A stretch of DNA of 64,000 bases, taken from positions 116,837 to 180,836 of the forward strand of contig NW_005434657.1 in NCBI RefSeq assembly GCF_000315625.1, written 5' to 3'. Position 1 is the first letter of the stretch. Each line of letters starts with the position of its first letter. This stretch comes from Guillardia theta CCMP2712 (Eukaryota > Protista > Cryptophyta). Below, piece by piece: positions 13,421 to 25,600 of this stretch. The notes below the pieces were generated by a model. That model searched no databases. It was not told the origin of the DNA and saw only the letters and a list, made by a program, of their open reading frames with translations. The position numbers and the translations under genes were made by a program.

Positions 13421-14050
13421 TGGGAATGTTATGAGAAGAGAAGAGGGATGTTATGAGAAGAGAAGAGGGATGTTATGAGAAGAGGAATGTTATGAGAAGA
13501 GAAGAGGGATGTTATGAGAAGAGGAATGTTATGAGAAGAGAAGAGGGATGTTATGAGAAGAGGGATGTTATGAGCAGAGAAGATGGATGTTATGAGAAGA
13601 GGGATGTTATGAGAAGAGAAGAGGGATGTTATGAGAAGAGAAGAGGGATGTTATGAGAAGAGAAGAGGGATGTTATGAGAAGAGGGATGTTATGAGAAGA
13701 GAAGAGGATGTAAGAAGAGGAATGTTATGAGAAGAGAAGAGATATAAGAAAAGAAGAGGAATGTTATGAGAAGAGAAGAGGGATGTTATGAGAAGAGGGA
13801 TGTTATGAGCAGAGAAGATGGATGTTATGAGAAGAGAGGAAAGATATGAGAAGAGGAGAGGAAAGATATGAGAAGAGAAGAGATGTAAGAAGAGGAATGT
13901 TATGAGAAGAGAAGAGATATAAGAAAAGAAGAGGAATGTTATGAGAAGAGAAGAGATATAAGAAAAGAAGAGGAATGTTATGAGCAGAGAAGAGATATAA
14001 GAAAAGAAGAGGAATGTTATGAGCAGAGAAGAGGAATGAGAAGAGAAGAG
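13421..14050. repeat. Purine-rich minisatellite of 22-nt (GATGTTATGAGAAGAGAAGAGG) and 17-nt units
   Basis: Core ATGTTATGAG(A/C)AGAG repeated more than 20 times; variant GATATAAGAAAAGAAGAGG units appear toward the 3' end. Confidence 0.95.
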
Positions 14051-14523
14051 TGAAAGAAGTTTAGGGTTTAGTCAAGAAAAATCTTTGAGATGAGGAGAGA
14101 AGAGCAAGGAAGTACCATAGTTCAGCAAGGAACAGAGGAATGTTTCAAGTCGACCAGATTAGTCAGTCGGGAAGGAGATTATATGAACGTATGCTCGAGG
14201 AGGAGAAAGACGAAGAAGTTTTCGGTGATGCTACACATACACCTTTGTTTTTGAAAAACGTTTCCTTCACAGTCGAAAGTTTGCTTCGCCTTTTCATGCC
14301 ATGTTTGACTGCTCTCACAGATGCTTGTTTCTACCTATTCAAATGACAAGCTTTTGCGGTCTTCGTTTTCTTTCTCTGGTCAAGACAGTCAGGGAGCTCC
14401 TTGGTAAAGATCTGTACCCTAGTGCACACAAATAACAATACAGTCTCTTAGAGACACGACTCTGGTCATCTTCGTTTATTAGGTTGCAAGAGTACGACTC
14501 TCAAACCTAGAGCATCTTTCATT

Positions 14524-17500
14524 CTATTCCAAATCCTCCACTGTGATGTTAGCTGCATTCGGGTGTTGTGCCGTCGAGGCCGAGTTCCTCCTTGGGTGCT
14601 CCGGGTTCCAAACACGAACGAAGTCGTTGCCGATCTCGATGGCGGTAGCGGATCCAGAGCGCTTCCTGGCGATGTTGGGCTGTACTTCGCCGACTCCTGA
14701 CCTCGATCGGTCGCGACGAGCGAGAGAGAAGGCGAGAGCGAAGTCGCGTTCGTTGATGCTGTTCCGTCGCTGCCGGCTGACGTCGGAGTTGAAGTACTGG
14801 ACCACTGAGAGCCGGGGAGCGACCTTCTCCCGCCGTCGTCGAACACCGCTGTAGCTCAAGCAGTAGAAGACGATGACGGCGAGGAGTACGCCTCCTAGTG
14901 CGCAGGCTGCGATCATTGCCGTGTACGACAGAGGGACTCCCGAGCTAGTGCTGGCCGAGAAGGAGGTGATCTGAGGGTTTGTAGTCGCCGACGCCTCCGG
15001 TAAGCCATGTCGTCTGAACTGCTCGTTGAGGTTCTTGAGGTTCAGGTTCCCCGCCACTGCCCTCGCGTCCGTCTGAGTAGCAGTGACGATGCTGAAGCCG
15101 ACCTGAACGTTGCTCGAGCTACGTCTCGCTGCCTGTACCTTGTTGATAATCACCGTCGATGGGTCCACCGCTGCTGTCGCAGCCACGGAAGTTCGGAATT
15201 GGACGCGTTTGGCGTTGTCGAAGGACTGCAAGGCGATTGGAAGCGTGACCTGCATCTGGACTTGGATGTTAGGAGTCACGCCGGACGACGACGGGGAAAG
15301 CTGCGAGCTGGTCGAGTCCTGCAAGTCACTTCTAAGGGAGCGAAGCAGCGGGCAACTGGAGGGACCTGACTCTGATTCACGTAGTAGATCAATTTCTCCA
15401 CCAGATGCGTTCTGTTGATGTAGATGACCTGTGGCGAGGTTACATGGTTGAGATGATCGTCAGAATCGTACTCACTTTTGGTATCTCGACTGTTCGATTC
15501 AGGAAGGCCATCTGAGGCAAGACCGTGAAGTCAGACATGAACTGAAGAAGTCGAGATAACCTTTGGGAAGACCATTTTGTCAAGAGACACGTAGTAAGAA
15601 AGGTTGGAACAGAGCGTCTGAGAGCAAGAGTAAGATGATTCCTCCATTTGCAAGGAGACAAACCTTGTATGAAATGTCTGAAGTGTCAAAATCTGAGCAA
15701 TCAGCAAAGTTACAATCAATCGTTGCAGAAAAAAAAATATTGAACCTGGAAATGATTGAAAATATCTGCAAAGAGCATCGGCTATCCCGAACAAATTGAC
15801 AGCAAGAAACGAATTCAAATGGGGCTGAAAACAAGTGAGAAGCGAAACAAAATAAACAAATACAGCACCTTGCAGGTTACAAACAGTCGCCCATGATTGA
15901 AAATAATCTAAGAAAAGACAGCTTCAGTAAACAAGAAAAGAGCATTTTAGGATAAACCTCCGCCTGGCAGTCCTCCCCGTTGATATTGACCGTAACATTG
16001 GATTGGTTCTGAAAAAAGAAGATGAAAAACCAAGCACTCTGCCTGTCCTTCCTCCCTACCTGTGGAGCTTGGCACATGATCTCCTTGCACGTCACGTACT
16101 CCTTCCCGTCCATGTACCGTATCTGCCCCGGCCCCGTCAGCCCGCCCTCCGCCCCGCCTGTCTCCTCTCCTCCTCCCCTCCTNNNNNNNNNNNNNNNNNN
16201 NNNNNNNNNNNNNNNNNNNNNNNNNNNNNNNNNNNNNNNNNNNNNNNNNNNNNNNNNNNNNNNNNNNNNNNNNNNNNNNNNNTCCCGGCCTCTCCCCCCT
16301 TGGATCCTCCCCGTGTCCTTACCTCTCCCTGGCAGTCCTCCCCGTTGATATTGAGCGTGACGTTGGTCTGGTTCTGCGTACACGCCCCCCGTCGTCAGTG
16401 TCGCCTGCCCCCGCCTCCTCCCTGCCTCCCTACCTGTGGAGCTTGGCACATGATCTCCTTGCACGTCACGTACTCCTTCCCGTCCATGTACCGTATCTGC
16501 CCCGGCCCCGTCAGCCCGCCCTCCGCCCCGCCTGTCTCCTCTCCTCCTCCCCTCCTGCCTCCCCCTTCTCCCTCGCGCTCTCCCGGCCTCTCCCCCCTTG
16601 GATCCTCCCCGTGTCCTTACCTCCGCCTGGCAGTCCTCCCCGTTGATATTTACAGTAGTATTTGTTTGGTTCGCTGGCTGTTTTTATCTTTCAGATTCAT
16701 TGTACGAATTCTCAGGTTTACCTGAGTTTGCACATTGACGTTATACTGGTATGTTTGCTGAATTTGAATCTGTTTTTTAAGTCATCGTGTCTTTCAAAAT
16801 ATTTGCTTTTCTCTTTGCCTGGTTGTTGACAGTTGTCTGATTTTCGAGGTAAACAATCTTCTCTTGGTATAGAGGTATTTGATCGGAGCTATTTACATAT
16901 ACGAGGACTTGAACCTAAAAGTCTTTCAATGTTTGGTCAAGGTTGCAATCTCTTCGACACGTCACCTCCTTTGGTATCTCTACAATTTTCTCGATATAGA
17001 CAGGTTTCTCTATGTAGATCACTTTCTCTACCTGCAGACATTGAAGTCAATCATTGACATGTTTCCGACGTCTCAAACCGTTAAGATGCGACTGACAGGG
17101 TTTTGCGCCTGCACCTGTAATCGCTCTTTAGACGAGTTGGAAGCTCAGTGTTGTCCTACCGGAATCGCAATAAAGCATGTCCCGAACCCAGAGAGAGAGA
17201 AAGTCCCTTGAGGGCAGGGAGAACATGAACTTGAATGAGGAGTTGAGTAGGATCCATCCGGACAGACTGTACATGACGAGGAGCCTTGCACAGAGAACGT
17301 CCCAGCTTCGCAAGGGAGGCAGGACCCCATGTCGTGATAGTACCCGGCTGCACAAGTCCATTCACAGTTGCTGGAGACTGGCAAACTTTCTTGGAGATAG
17401 ACAGCGTTTGCAGGTTTGTTAGTGCAAACACTGCAGGCTTGCGGTCCACTGGAGGGTTTGAAAGAGCCAGCCGGGCATATCGTGCAATTCTTCGATCCAA

Positions 17501-18463
17501 CAGGACCCGTGTAGCCGGGATCGCAATAGCACTGCGGATGTCCCGGATCCTTGTGGCAAGATACGGTCCCGCACTGATGAAGATTCAGAAATCTCAGAAG
17601 AGCAAAACACAAACAATCTCGTACTTCCTGGAGTCACAGCAGAGATAAAAGGGACAGCGGAGGATGGAAAACAGTCTTGATTAGTGAAGGAAGGCAACGA
17701 AAAGAACAATCACCATCGTGGGATTGTCCTGTAGATCAAAAGAAAGTTGTCAAGTCGTAAACCTTCACAATTTGATGCAAGCTCACGTAAAAACACTGCA
17801 GTCCGCGAGGTCGATCGCAACAAAGAATCGGTTACACCATCAACGAAGATTGAATGCATTTTACATACTGTCAGCAAATCAGTCAGTGCGATGGCAACGA
17901 AACTCCACAAAAGGTGAATGAGAAGGAAAGTTGAGATGAGGATGACTTACATTCTGTAGTCCGAAATCAGCCAGGACAAGCAAAAAAGCGTTCATCAGAT
18001 TTGACAAGTTCAACAACAAGGTCTTACATCTTGGAATCCCTCCGGCTTCGCACAGGAAATGAAAAGCAATCGCAAAACGTTCAACATGACTCAATTTCAG
18101 AGGAGAAAGATCTTCACCTTCTGCAATGGACAGACAGGTCAGTGAAGCACAGAGTTCATGAGGGTCAGCGTACCGGCTGCACCAGGGAAGATGGTAGCGG
18201 GAGCGAGATAGACATCAGTCAGACGTACGGTTAAGACTCGATGGGAACAACTTACCCCCTAGCCAAGGAACATGGATCAGTATGAACCCTCATCAGCGAG
18301 TAGAGAAACGACTTACACAGTCGAACTTGTACGAGAATCCGAATCGTGTCGGAACATCGCTGCATCCGTGGTAATCGCAGTCCGCTTGCTCGGTACAATT
18401 CACTGCTAAAGTCAAACAAAGGCGCAAAGAGAAGAGAAGAGAGAATAAGATTGAAAATTTCAT
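14524..18463 (-). CDS. Type I membrane glycoprotein: signal peptide, EGF and TNFR/GCC2-like Cys repeats, repeated N-glycosylated modules, SEA-like juxtamembrane region, TM helix, cytosolic tail
   Basis: Signal MKFSILFSLLFSLRLCLTLA. EGF-like CYCDPGYTG; CTICPAGSFK, CLPCEAGTFS and CSPCPQGTFS repeats; TM AMIAACALGGVLLAVIVFYCL followed by RRRR. Confidence 0.8.
15958..16670 (-). repeat. Intragenic tandem duplication of an exon pair and its intron
   Basis: Three copies of the NxxNxTxNINGEDCQxE exon; two identical copies of the IRYMDGKEYVTCKEIMCQAPQ exon with the adjacent intron; 100-N gap inside. Confidence 0.8.
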
Positions 18464-19363
18464 GAGCGAACAAGAATTCTTTGTCACAGCCATCTCCTGG
18501 AATCCTTCATCGTCGTCAAATACAGCGTCACCTGCGTGCAATTGAGGACAAAGTGGTGGGATCTTGTACCGTGAGAGATCGAGATGATTCTCCTGACTAT
18601 CCAAGAATTGGATTGCAGACTGATAAACATCGTTTTCAACTTTTCGCTCTCGACGCCATCTCCCTTCTGCCTTCCAAAGCTTTGCCTCTACCTTCTCCAA
18701 AAATCCTCTCCCCTCTCCTACCTGTCCTCCCCACTCAAATCCTCTCCTCTCCTCATCTGGTCTTTTCTCTCTTCCCATATCTTTTCTTTTTGTTCTCCCC
18801 TTCCCTCCTCCTATGACCTCTCTTGCCTCCTCCCCTCCCTCGTCCCCCCCATTCAACCTCCTTTTTCGGCTTCTCCCCTTTTCCTTTCCTCGCCTCGCCT
18901 CACCTCTTCCCTCCTGTTTTCTCTCCCCTTTCACTCTGCAAGCTTGCTTTCCCTGATCTGCCCCCTTTTTTTCCCCTCTTTTCTCTCCTTGAACAGTTGA
19001 TTTTCGTCCTTGTAAAGCACGGTCATTATTTGTTTCTCCCAGTCAAATCATGTCTTGACTGCTCTCCTTGTCGTTTCCATCCCCCATATCCTTCACATTC
19101 CTCTATGTTCATCTAGTTCTCTCCTCCTCTCTCCTCCTCTCCTCCTCTCTCCCCCTTGTCTTCCTCAACCCCCCAACTTCCTTCCCCTGTCCCGCTCATG
19201 CAGTCGTACATTCTTCATGGTTGGAGTAAACCCTTTATAATTACTAATTGAGGTTTATAATTGTTTTGAGTTGTTTTATTATTTTTGGCTGGTCATCAGT
19301 CGCAAAAACAGGCAGATATTGAGTGATTTTGCTCCTGCGGGCAATGGCCGGACAAGATTTCAT

Positions 19364-19480
19364 GGCTGGAGGAGAGGGAGAAAGTAAGACGAACGGCAAT
19401 GGCTGGAGGGGCGGGAGAAAGTAAGACGAACGGCAATGGCTGGAGGAGAGGGAGAAAGTAAGACGAACGGCAATTGCTGG
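19364..19480. repeat. 36-nt tandem repeat, about 3 copies
   Basis: GGCTGGAGG(A/G)G(A/C)GGGAGAAAGTAAGACGAACGGCAAT x3. Confidence 0.9.
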
Positions 19481-20044
19481 AGAAGTGGTAGATAGTTGAA
19501 CGAGTGGAAGATTGTTAAAAAGAGATCAGGATTAGGGGAGAGCATGCTTCACTGTGATGAGAATGTTCGAAAGAGCGTTGAGGCTCCTCTATGACACATC
19601 ATTCTTTGAGAAGTGATGTCCCAATAGTAGGGGAGCGCATGTTTTTTGGATGGTATGAGAGCCATGGCGGAGGCCAAGGACATGACGTGTCGAGAAGAAG
19701 TCGAAGATACTTCTTCTGATATCATTGATATTGCAGACGAGGATGTGAAGATCGTCAACTCCTCAGATCTGACATGTACAAGAACAAGAGCTCAAGGACC
19801 AGGCAAAGGGCCAGCACTTGTTGTAGCTGCTCTCCAACAAAGCTCTCCTCGAGTATCTCGGGTTTGAGGCCCATGTTCTTCTTTTCCACCTTTGTACTGC
19901 TATCGCTGTTGCTTGCACGATTGCATATCATCAGCACTGTAGCTTTGACGAAACATCAGTATTATTTCTTCAACGACATTGCACGACTTGTAGAGCGAAT
20001 TTATTCTTTGTGACAAATGAAAGACCATCTTATCACTGTTGTTG

Positions 20045-20670
20045 TTCTAAGCCTTCTTGAGCTTGGCCAGCTTTTGAAGGACTTCGTGCCGGACTTGGGA
20101 CACGCGATCAGCATGATCCTTTTCTTCACATTCATACTTCAGTGATTCAAACGCCATCTCAAAATGTGGGCATACCTATTTCGTCGAAGTTGATGTTCAA
20201 ATCTTCCACAATTCTCGAAATGACTGAGTTTGTCTGAGATTTCATGCTGCATCAGATCGAAGTACACTTTCCTCAAAATTTTACCTTGCCATGAATAGTG
20301 GTAGCTTTGTTGACAAACGAATCAAAATAATTTTCGGCATCCGAGAATTCGGAAGATCTTTCTACTTTGAGCTGAAAGTTGCACAGATCTTCAAGTGCTG
20401 CAAGTGCTTTCTGAGAGAGAAAAATGCTTTAGGAAATAAAAACTTGAGGCGGTAAAACAGATTGTCAAATCGCATCATGTCAGAGTAAGACAGTAAGATT
20501 TTTATCTCTTGTTCACACGGAAAGGTAGTCGTGTTGATTGGATCGCGATAAGAATTTGATGATGGTGGAGTTATCTAGAAGATCTCGACGAGTGATAATG
20601 AACAGATGTAGGCAAGAATTCAATCATGAAGGTTTCGCACTCGCAAGTTTCTGGGGATTTCCCGCCATGT
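20045..20670 (-). CDS. Probable small multi-exon hypothetical protein
   Basis: Open minus-strand segments (ITPPSSNSYRDPINTTTF...; ALAALEDLCNFQLKVERSSEFSDAENYFDSFVNKATTIHGK followed by GTAAA); lies downstream of a GGGGTA cluster. Confidence 0.3.
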
Positions 20671-20928
20671 CGGCGACTTCTTACCGATCGATCTGCCATT
20701 ATGAAAGTTTGTGGTCTGAATGAAACTGCGGGGGTAGGGGTCCCAAATTGAAAGCCGAATGTCTTTGTAGACCGGTGTGCCTCTGTGTAATGAGTGGGTA
20801 GATAGTGGGTAGGGGTACTTCAGTCAAAATGTTGTTAGGGGTGGGGGTCTGGCAAGGGCGGGAAACTGGGACCCCCCGAAAGATTCTGGAAAATGGTGGG
20901 GGTGGGGGTGGGGTGGAGAGCGGTTTTG

Positions 20929-21877
20929 ATGGATGATGTACATGAAATCCAGTTGGAAGTCGAGGAGGAGGAGGAGGAGGAGGAGGAGAGGAGGAGGAGG
21001 AGAGAGCGTTCTGAGGTTGGTCAAGGGAGCCTCGGAGGAACAGACGATGGATGGAGAGAAGAGGCAGGAGGGAGACCCCACGCTAAGGGGAGGAAGGTGA
21101 CATTCAGGGATGATGCTAGGGTAGCAGACGACATTGGTGCAGAGCCAACAGGTGAGGGGGCGGGGGAGGTGTTCTTGTGAATGACATGTATGCCGTAGTC
21201 CAGGGGAAGGAGAATGGCATGAGCGAATTCATCCAGCAATATTATGATGACGATGCCGTAGACATCATCGGCAGGCCTTTGAAGCAGATGTGAGCCTGTT
21301 GCTGCTGATGCGTTCGAAGATCCTCTAACAAAGAAAGCGATGTAGGATGGAGCTCAGGATCAAGGCACAGGAAGATCAAGATGCAGCTTTCCAGCAAGGT
21401 GTTGGATATCCCACGAAGGGGGGTAAAGATAAGTCTTCAGCTCCGACATTGAATTGATTAATTTTCTCAGTCGAAGTTGCGGACGACCGAGCAAGCTGCT
21501 ATCTGAAGCTCTTCATCTTGGGCTTGATCGTTAGTATCGTCGCACTAGGAACATGTGGTATCTTGTGCATCGCATCGAATGGTTGACGTCCTGCTGGTTG
21601 GACTCCTGTGAGCTAACTGTCTTGACGATTGCAGGCGAGGGACCGACGTGCGGGTCTGGTTTGGGAGCAGGGATCGCCATGGTCGGGACTTCTTCTTGCT
21701 CCCCCACCTGACCTTGAGCCCCAGACTGTGATCGCCTTTGTCCTGGCTGGTCGTGGAGCGATATTTCTGCGGAAGTATGAGAGGATTGTCAAACGAAGCT
21801 TGAGGGGTGAGGAGGAGGATGAAAAGAAGAGGAATGCGAGTGAAATTGGCGCAGGTCCCATCTATCGCTCGACTTGA
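20929..21877 (+). CDS. Small membrane protein with acidic N-terminus and RKVTF motif
   Basis: MDDVHEIQLEVEEEE...GRKVTFRDD; hydrophobic exon YLKLFILGLIVSIVALGTCGILCIA (~21500-21580); short introns. Confidence 0.5.
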
Positions 21878-21913
21878 GGAGCATGTTTGCTAGAAAACAA
21901 AATGATCTAAACA

Positions 21914-22530
21914 TCAATGCGCGTCATCGCAGAGAAGTCTCTGCACATCGATAACGACTGAGACCCACTCGTGTACGAGACCGCAGGTCTCTGATAGAGC
22001 CCAGGCCTGTTGCAACTCAGTTCCATCGGCATCAACAGCATCCTTACCTGCGAGGAAGACGACCGAGCGAAGATCTTTGCGGCGAGTTTCGTCCTCTCCA
22101 TGTACTCTTTCTTCCCCGCCGCTCTAACTTCTTCCTTGCTGAGCTGCAGCGAGCCCATCTTGGCTGGCAGGTTATTCCCGAGCTTGTCCCTCAGCTCCGC
22201 CCATGTGAGCGCCTCGTCCTTGCTGAGACCGAGAAGGACGGCAAGAGCTCCTAGAGTTGCAGTGGCCGTCCTTGAAGGCTCCCCGCTTCTTGCAGCCATC
22301 GCAGAGCTGCCTGGTTGGCATCCGTAGCCTCCTGTAGCTGGGACTCCAGTCTCTCCTTCTGGGCTCTCCCGATCTCCTGGTGTGACGTGTCAGATTCTGT
22401 TCACTCCTCTCGCGGTTGGAACCCACCACCAGATCCTCGTCTTCAGAGGCTCTCGAGGTCTCGGGAAACGAGGATCGCTTCGAGGGTTGCGACGAGTGAG
22501 ACCTGGCTGAATGTCACCTCCGCGCTGAAG

Positions 22531-22617
<87 letters not shown>

Positions 22618-25600
22618 ACATCGTCATCATCATCATCATCATCATCATCATCCCGCTCCTCCACGCTACCTCAAAGTTTCTAGCTCTGCCCGGAGCTGAT
22701 CTCTCTCATTTTGCAGCTTTTGCAGCTCCTTCTCCGCCTCCTGCAACACCTTCTGCGAGTTTCGGATGTCGAGCATCCGCTGGGCCTGGAGGGCCTCGAA
22801 CCTCTCCTCTATCTCCCGCTGCCGGCGCTTGGAGTATTCTTCTCTCTCCTCCACCTCCGTCACTTTCTTCTCCAGCTCAGAAATGTTCATAAGCGCCTGT
22901 GAGAACCAGCCAAGTCAACACCCTCCTCTCCTCCTTTTCTCTCTCCTCCTTCTCTCTCGTTCTTCTCGTCCTCTACCATCGCCTCTTCATCCTCTCCACC
23001 TCACCATGTCCAGAGCTGTCCCCTGCGGCTCAAGCGCAACGAGCTCCAACTGAAGCTTCTCCTCCGCAGCTTTCCGATCCTCCAGCTCAGCCCGCAAACT
23101 TCTCCTCTCATCCCGCAGCCCCTCCACCTCCTCCTCAAGCTGGGAAAGCTTGTGCTGGGCCGCCGACAATTCCTCCTTTGCCTTTCTCAGCTGCGAGCAA
23201 GGTGAGAACAGATCTTCCAGAACAGGCTCAACTACCTCGCCCTTGACGCCCTCTGCTGCTTCCTCCTCGGCTCCAGCAGACTTCTGCAGCTCCTTCTCCA
23301 CCGCCTTGAGAGCTTTTCGGAGCGTCTCTGACTCCTCGCGCGCGATCTTCAAGCTGCGGGTCAGCTCCGAGCTCTCTGACTTCTGCTGCTGCAGCTCCCC
23401 CCTCATGTGCGAGAGCTCCGCTTCCCTCTCCTTCACCCGCTTCCCCCAGCTCTCCTCGGCCTCCACCTTGGCCTTCAGCAGCTCCTCCTTGGCATCGTTG
23501 AGCTGCCTTGTCACTGCCAGCAGGTTCTGCTGGGACGAGTGCAACTCGAGTCTTGTGTCCATCAGCTCCTGCCTCGCCCGTGCCAGCTCCTCCTCCTCCT
23601 CCTCCTTGCAGCCCAGACCTCGTCGCTCCATCTGAGGCTCATCCTTGACAAGTTTGACAAGCTCGTCCGTATGGCTGTGACTCTTCGCCTTCAGGTTGAC
23701 GTTCTCAACCTTGAGATCCTTGACTTGTCTCACGAGACTGTCGTGCAGCTTCATCCGCTCCTTCAGCTCCTCCTTCACCGACGACAGCCGCCTGTCCAGC
23801 TCCTCTGCGGCTTCGCGGCTCCTCTTCGTGTCGTACTCACACTGGCCCAATCTCTCCTCCGCATTATCCCTCTCCCTCTGCAAAGTCTTCAATCGCTCCC
23901 TGTACTTCTTCTGCACCGACAAAGTCAGGACGCAGAATAGTGTCAAGGAAACAACTGACCTCGCTCTCTCCTATCTCCTCCTCCTTCTTCTCAAGGACCT
24001 TACACAAGTTCTCGTTCGTCTCTTTCATCTGCGCGATCTGCTTGCGCAGCTTGTCCACGTACGAGTCATGCTCCTGCTTCAGATTCTTCACGTACGACTG
24101 CTCGTTCTTCAGGAGCGTCTGCGCAGACTGCAGCTCTCGCTGAAGGAAGAGGTTCGAGCTCCTCCCTTCCTCCAGCACTTTCTTGACACCAGCAAGCTCC
24201 TCCTCGAGCTTGCCCGCCTTCTCCTTGAAGCTCTCTCTGCTCCTCTTCGCTTCTGCCTCACTTCGGCTCAACGCTGACTGACTTGCCTTCAACTGGTTGC
24301 TCCACTCCTCCTCTACCATCTTCGAACGATCGACCTGGCTTGCCAGAGCTTTCTTCGCTTCCTCCAGCGCCTCTTGACACGTTCCCAACGCCTCTCGAAG
24401 GCTGCTGATCGTCTTTCCCTTCAGCTCTGCCTCCACCTTCTCTTTCCTCTTCGCTTCTTCCAGCTCCCCTCTCAGACCTTTCTGCTTCTCCTGCAGTCTC
24501 CCGATCTCTTCCCTCAGCTCTGACGCCTCCGTCTCCGCCTTTTCTGCGCGCTTAACGAGTTTGTCCTTGCGGCACGAGTCAACTAAGGAAGGAGGAGGAG
24601 GCGACAGACAGACAGGAGGAAGAGAATGCTGAACAAGACAGGCCAAGGGAGTAAAGGTAGAGGAGAGAGCTGGGGAGGAGAAACAACGGGAAGGGAGGGG
24701 GTCTGGCAGAAGGGATCAGGGGTTGGAGAAGGCAAGGACTTACATGCTTTTCGACGGCAGTTCGAAGTTCCCTCTGTGCGTTCGACTCTGCAAACTGCGC
24801 ATCCTTTATCGTCGATTCGACGGCAGCAGAGAGACTCGCGTGCTCCTGGGCCGCTCGTGCCTTGAACGAGTCGATCTCTCGCTGGAGCTCCACCATCCTC
24901 TTCCTCAGCTCGTCGATCAGCATCGAGTCCTCCTGCTTCTTTTCTTCCATCCTCTTGATCGCTTCCACGAGGTTCTGCAGCCAGCACAAGTCAGGCAAGC
25001 GAACATTCAGGTGTCCTTCTTAACCTCTCTTTCCTTCTGTTTGCTCTCCTCCAGCCGCGCTAGCTCGCTATGAAGCCCTTTCACTTGCGCCTCGAACTCC
25101 CTCCTAGCCCTTTCGCTCTCAATCTTCTCCTCCTCCATCTGGAGACGAGTCTCCTCTTCACGCTCCTCAAGCTTCTCCGTCGCCCTCCGAAGCTTGTCCT
25201 TCAGGGCCTCGGCCTCTGCCGCCTGCTCTCTGTTCCTCTTCAGCGCTTCTCCGAGCAAGTCCTGCATCTCCTCCTGCATCTTCCTGACCTGCACCTGAAA
25301 AGTCTCGCTGTCCTTCTCCTGCAGGTCTTGAAAGTCTCGATTCGACCTCCGCAGGTTCTCCTTCGCCTCCAGACAATCTTGGCGAAGCTGCAGGCAGGCA
25401 AGAACGATCAGAAGTGGAGGAAGGAGGAGCAAGCGAGAGGGAGAGGGAGCAGGAGTGGAGACAAGGAAAGTGGAAGTGCGAGTGCAACTGAGCAGCAGGT
25501 GAGCAGCGCTGGGGTCATCGGGCTGTCACCTGCAAGCAGACGGATTCTTGCTCTGCCAGCTTACTCGTCAGGTCTTGGATCGTAGACTTCTGCTCGTCGA

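Noticed and set aside
13421-14050. Repeat array as CRISPR or as the ORF (MRREEGCYEKR)n
   Set aside because: No unique spacers, no cas genes, eukaryotic context; unit lengths break frame
14060-14071. TTTAGGGTTTAG as an interstitial telomere
   Set aside because: Fewer than two units; compatible with chance
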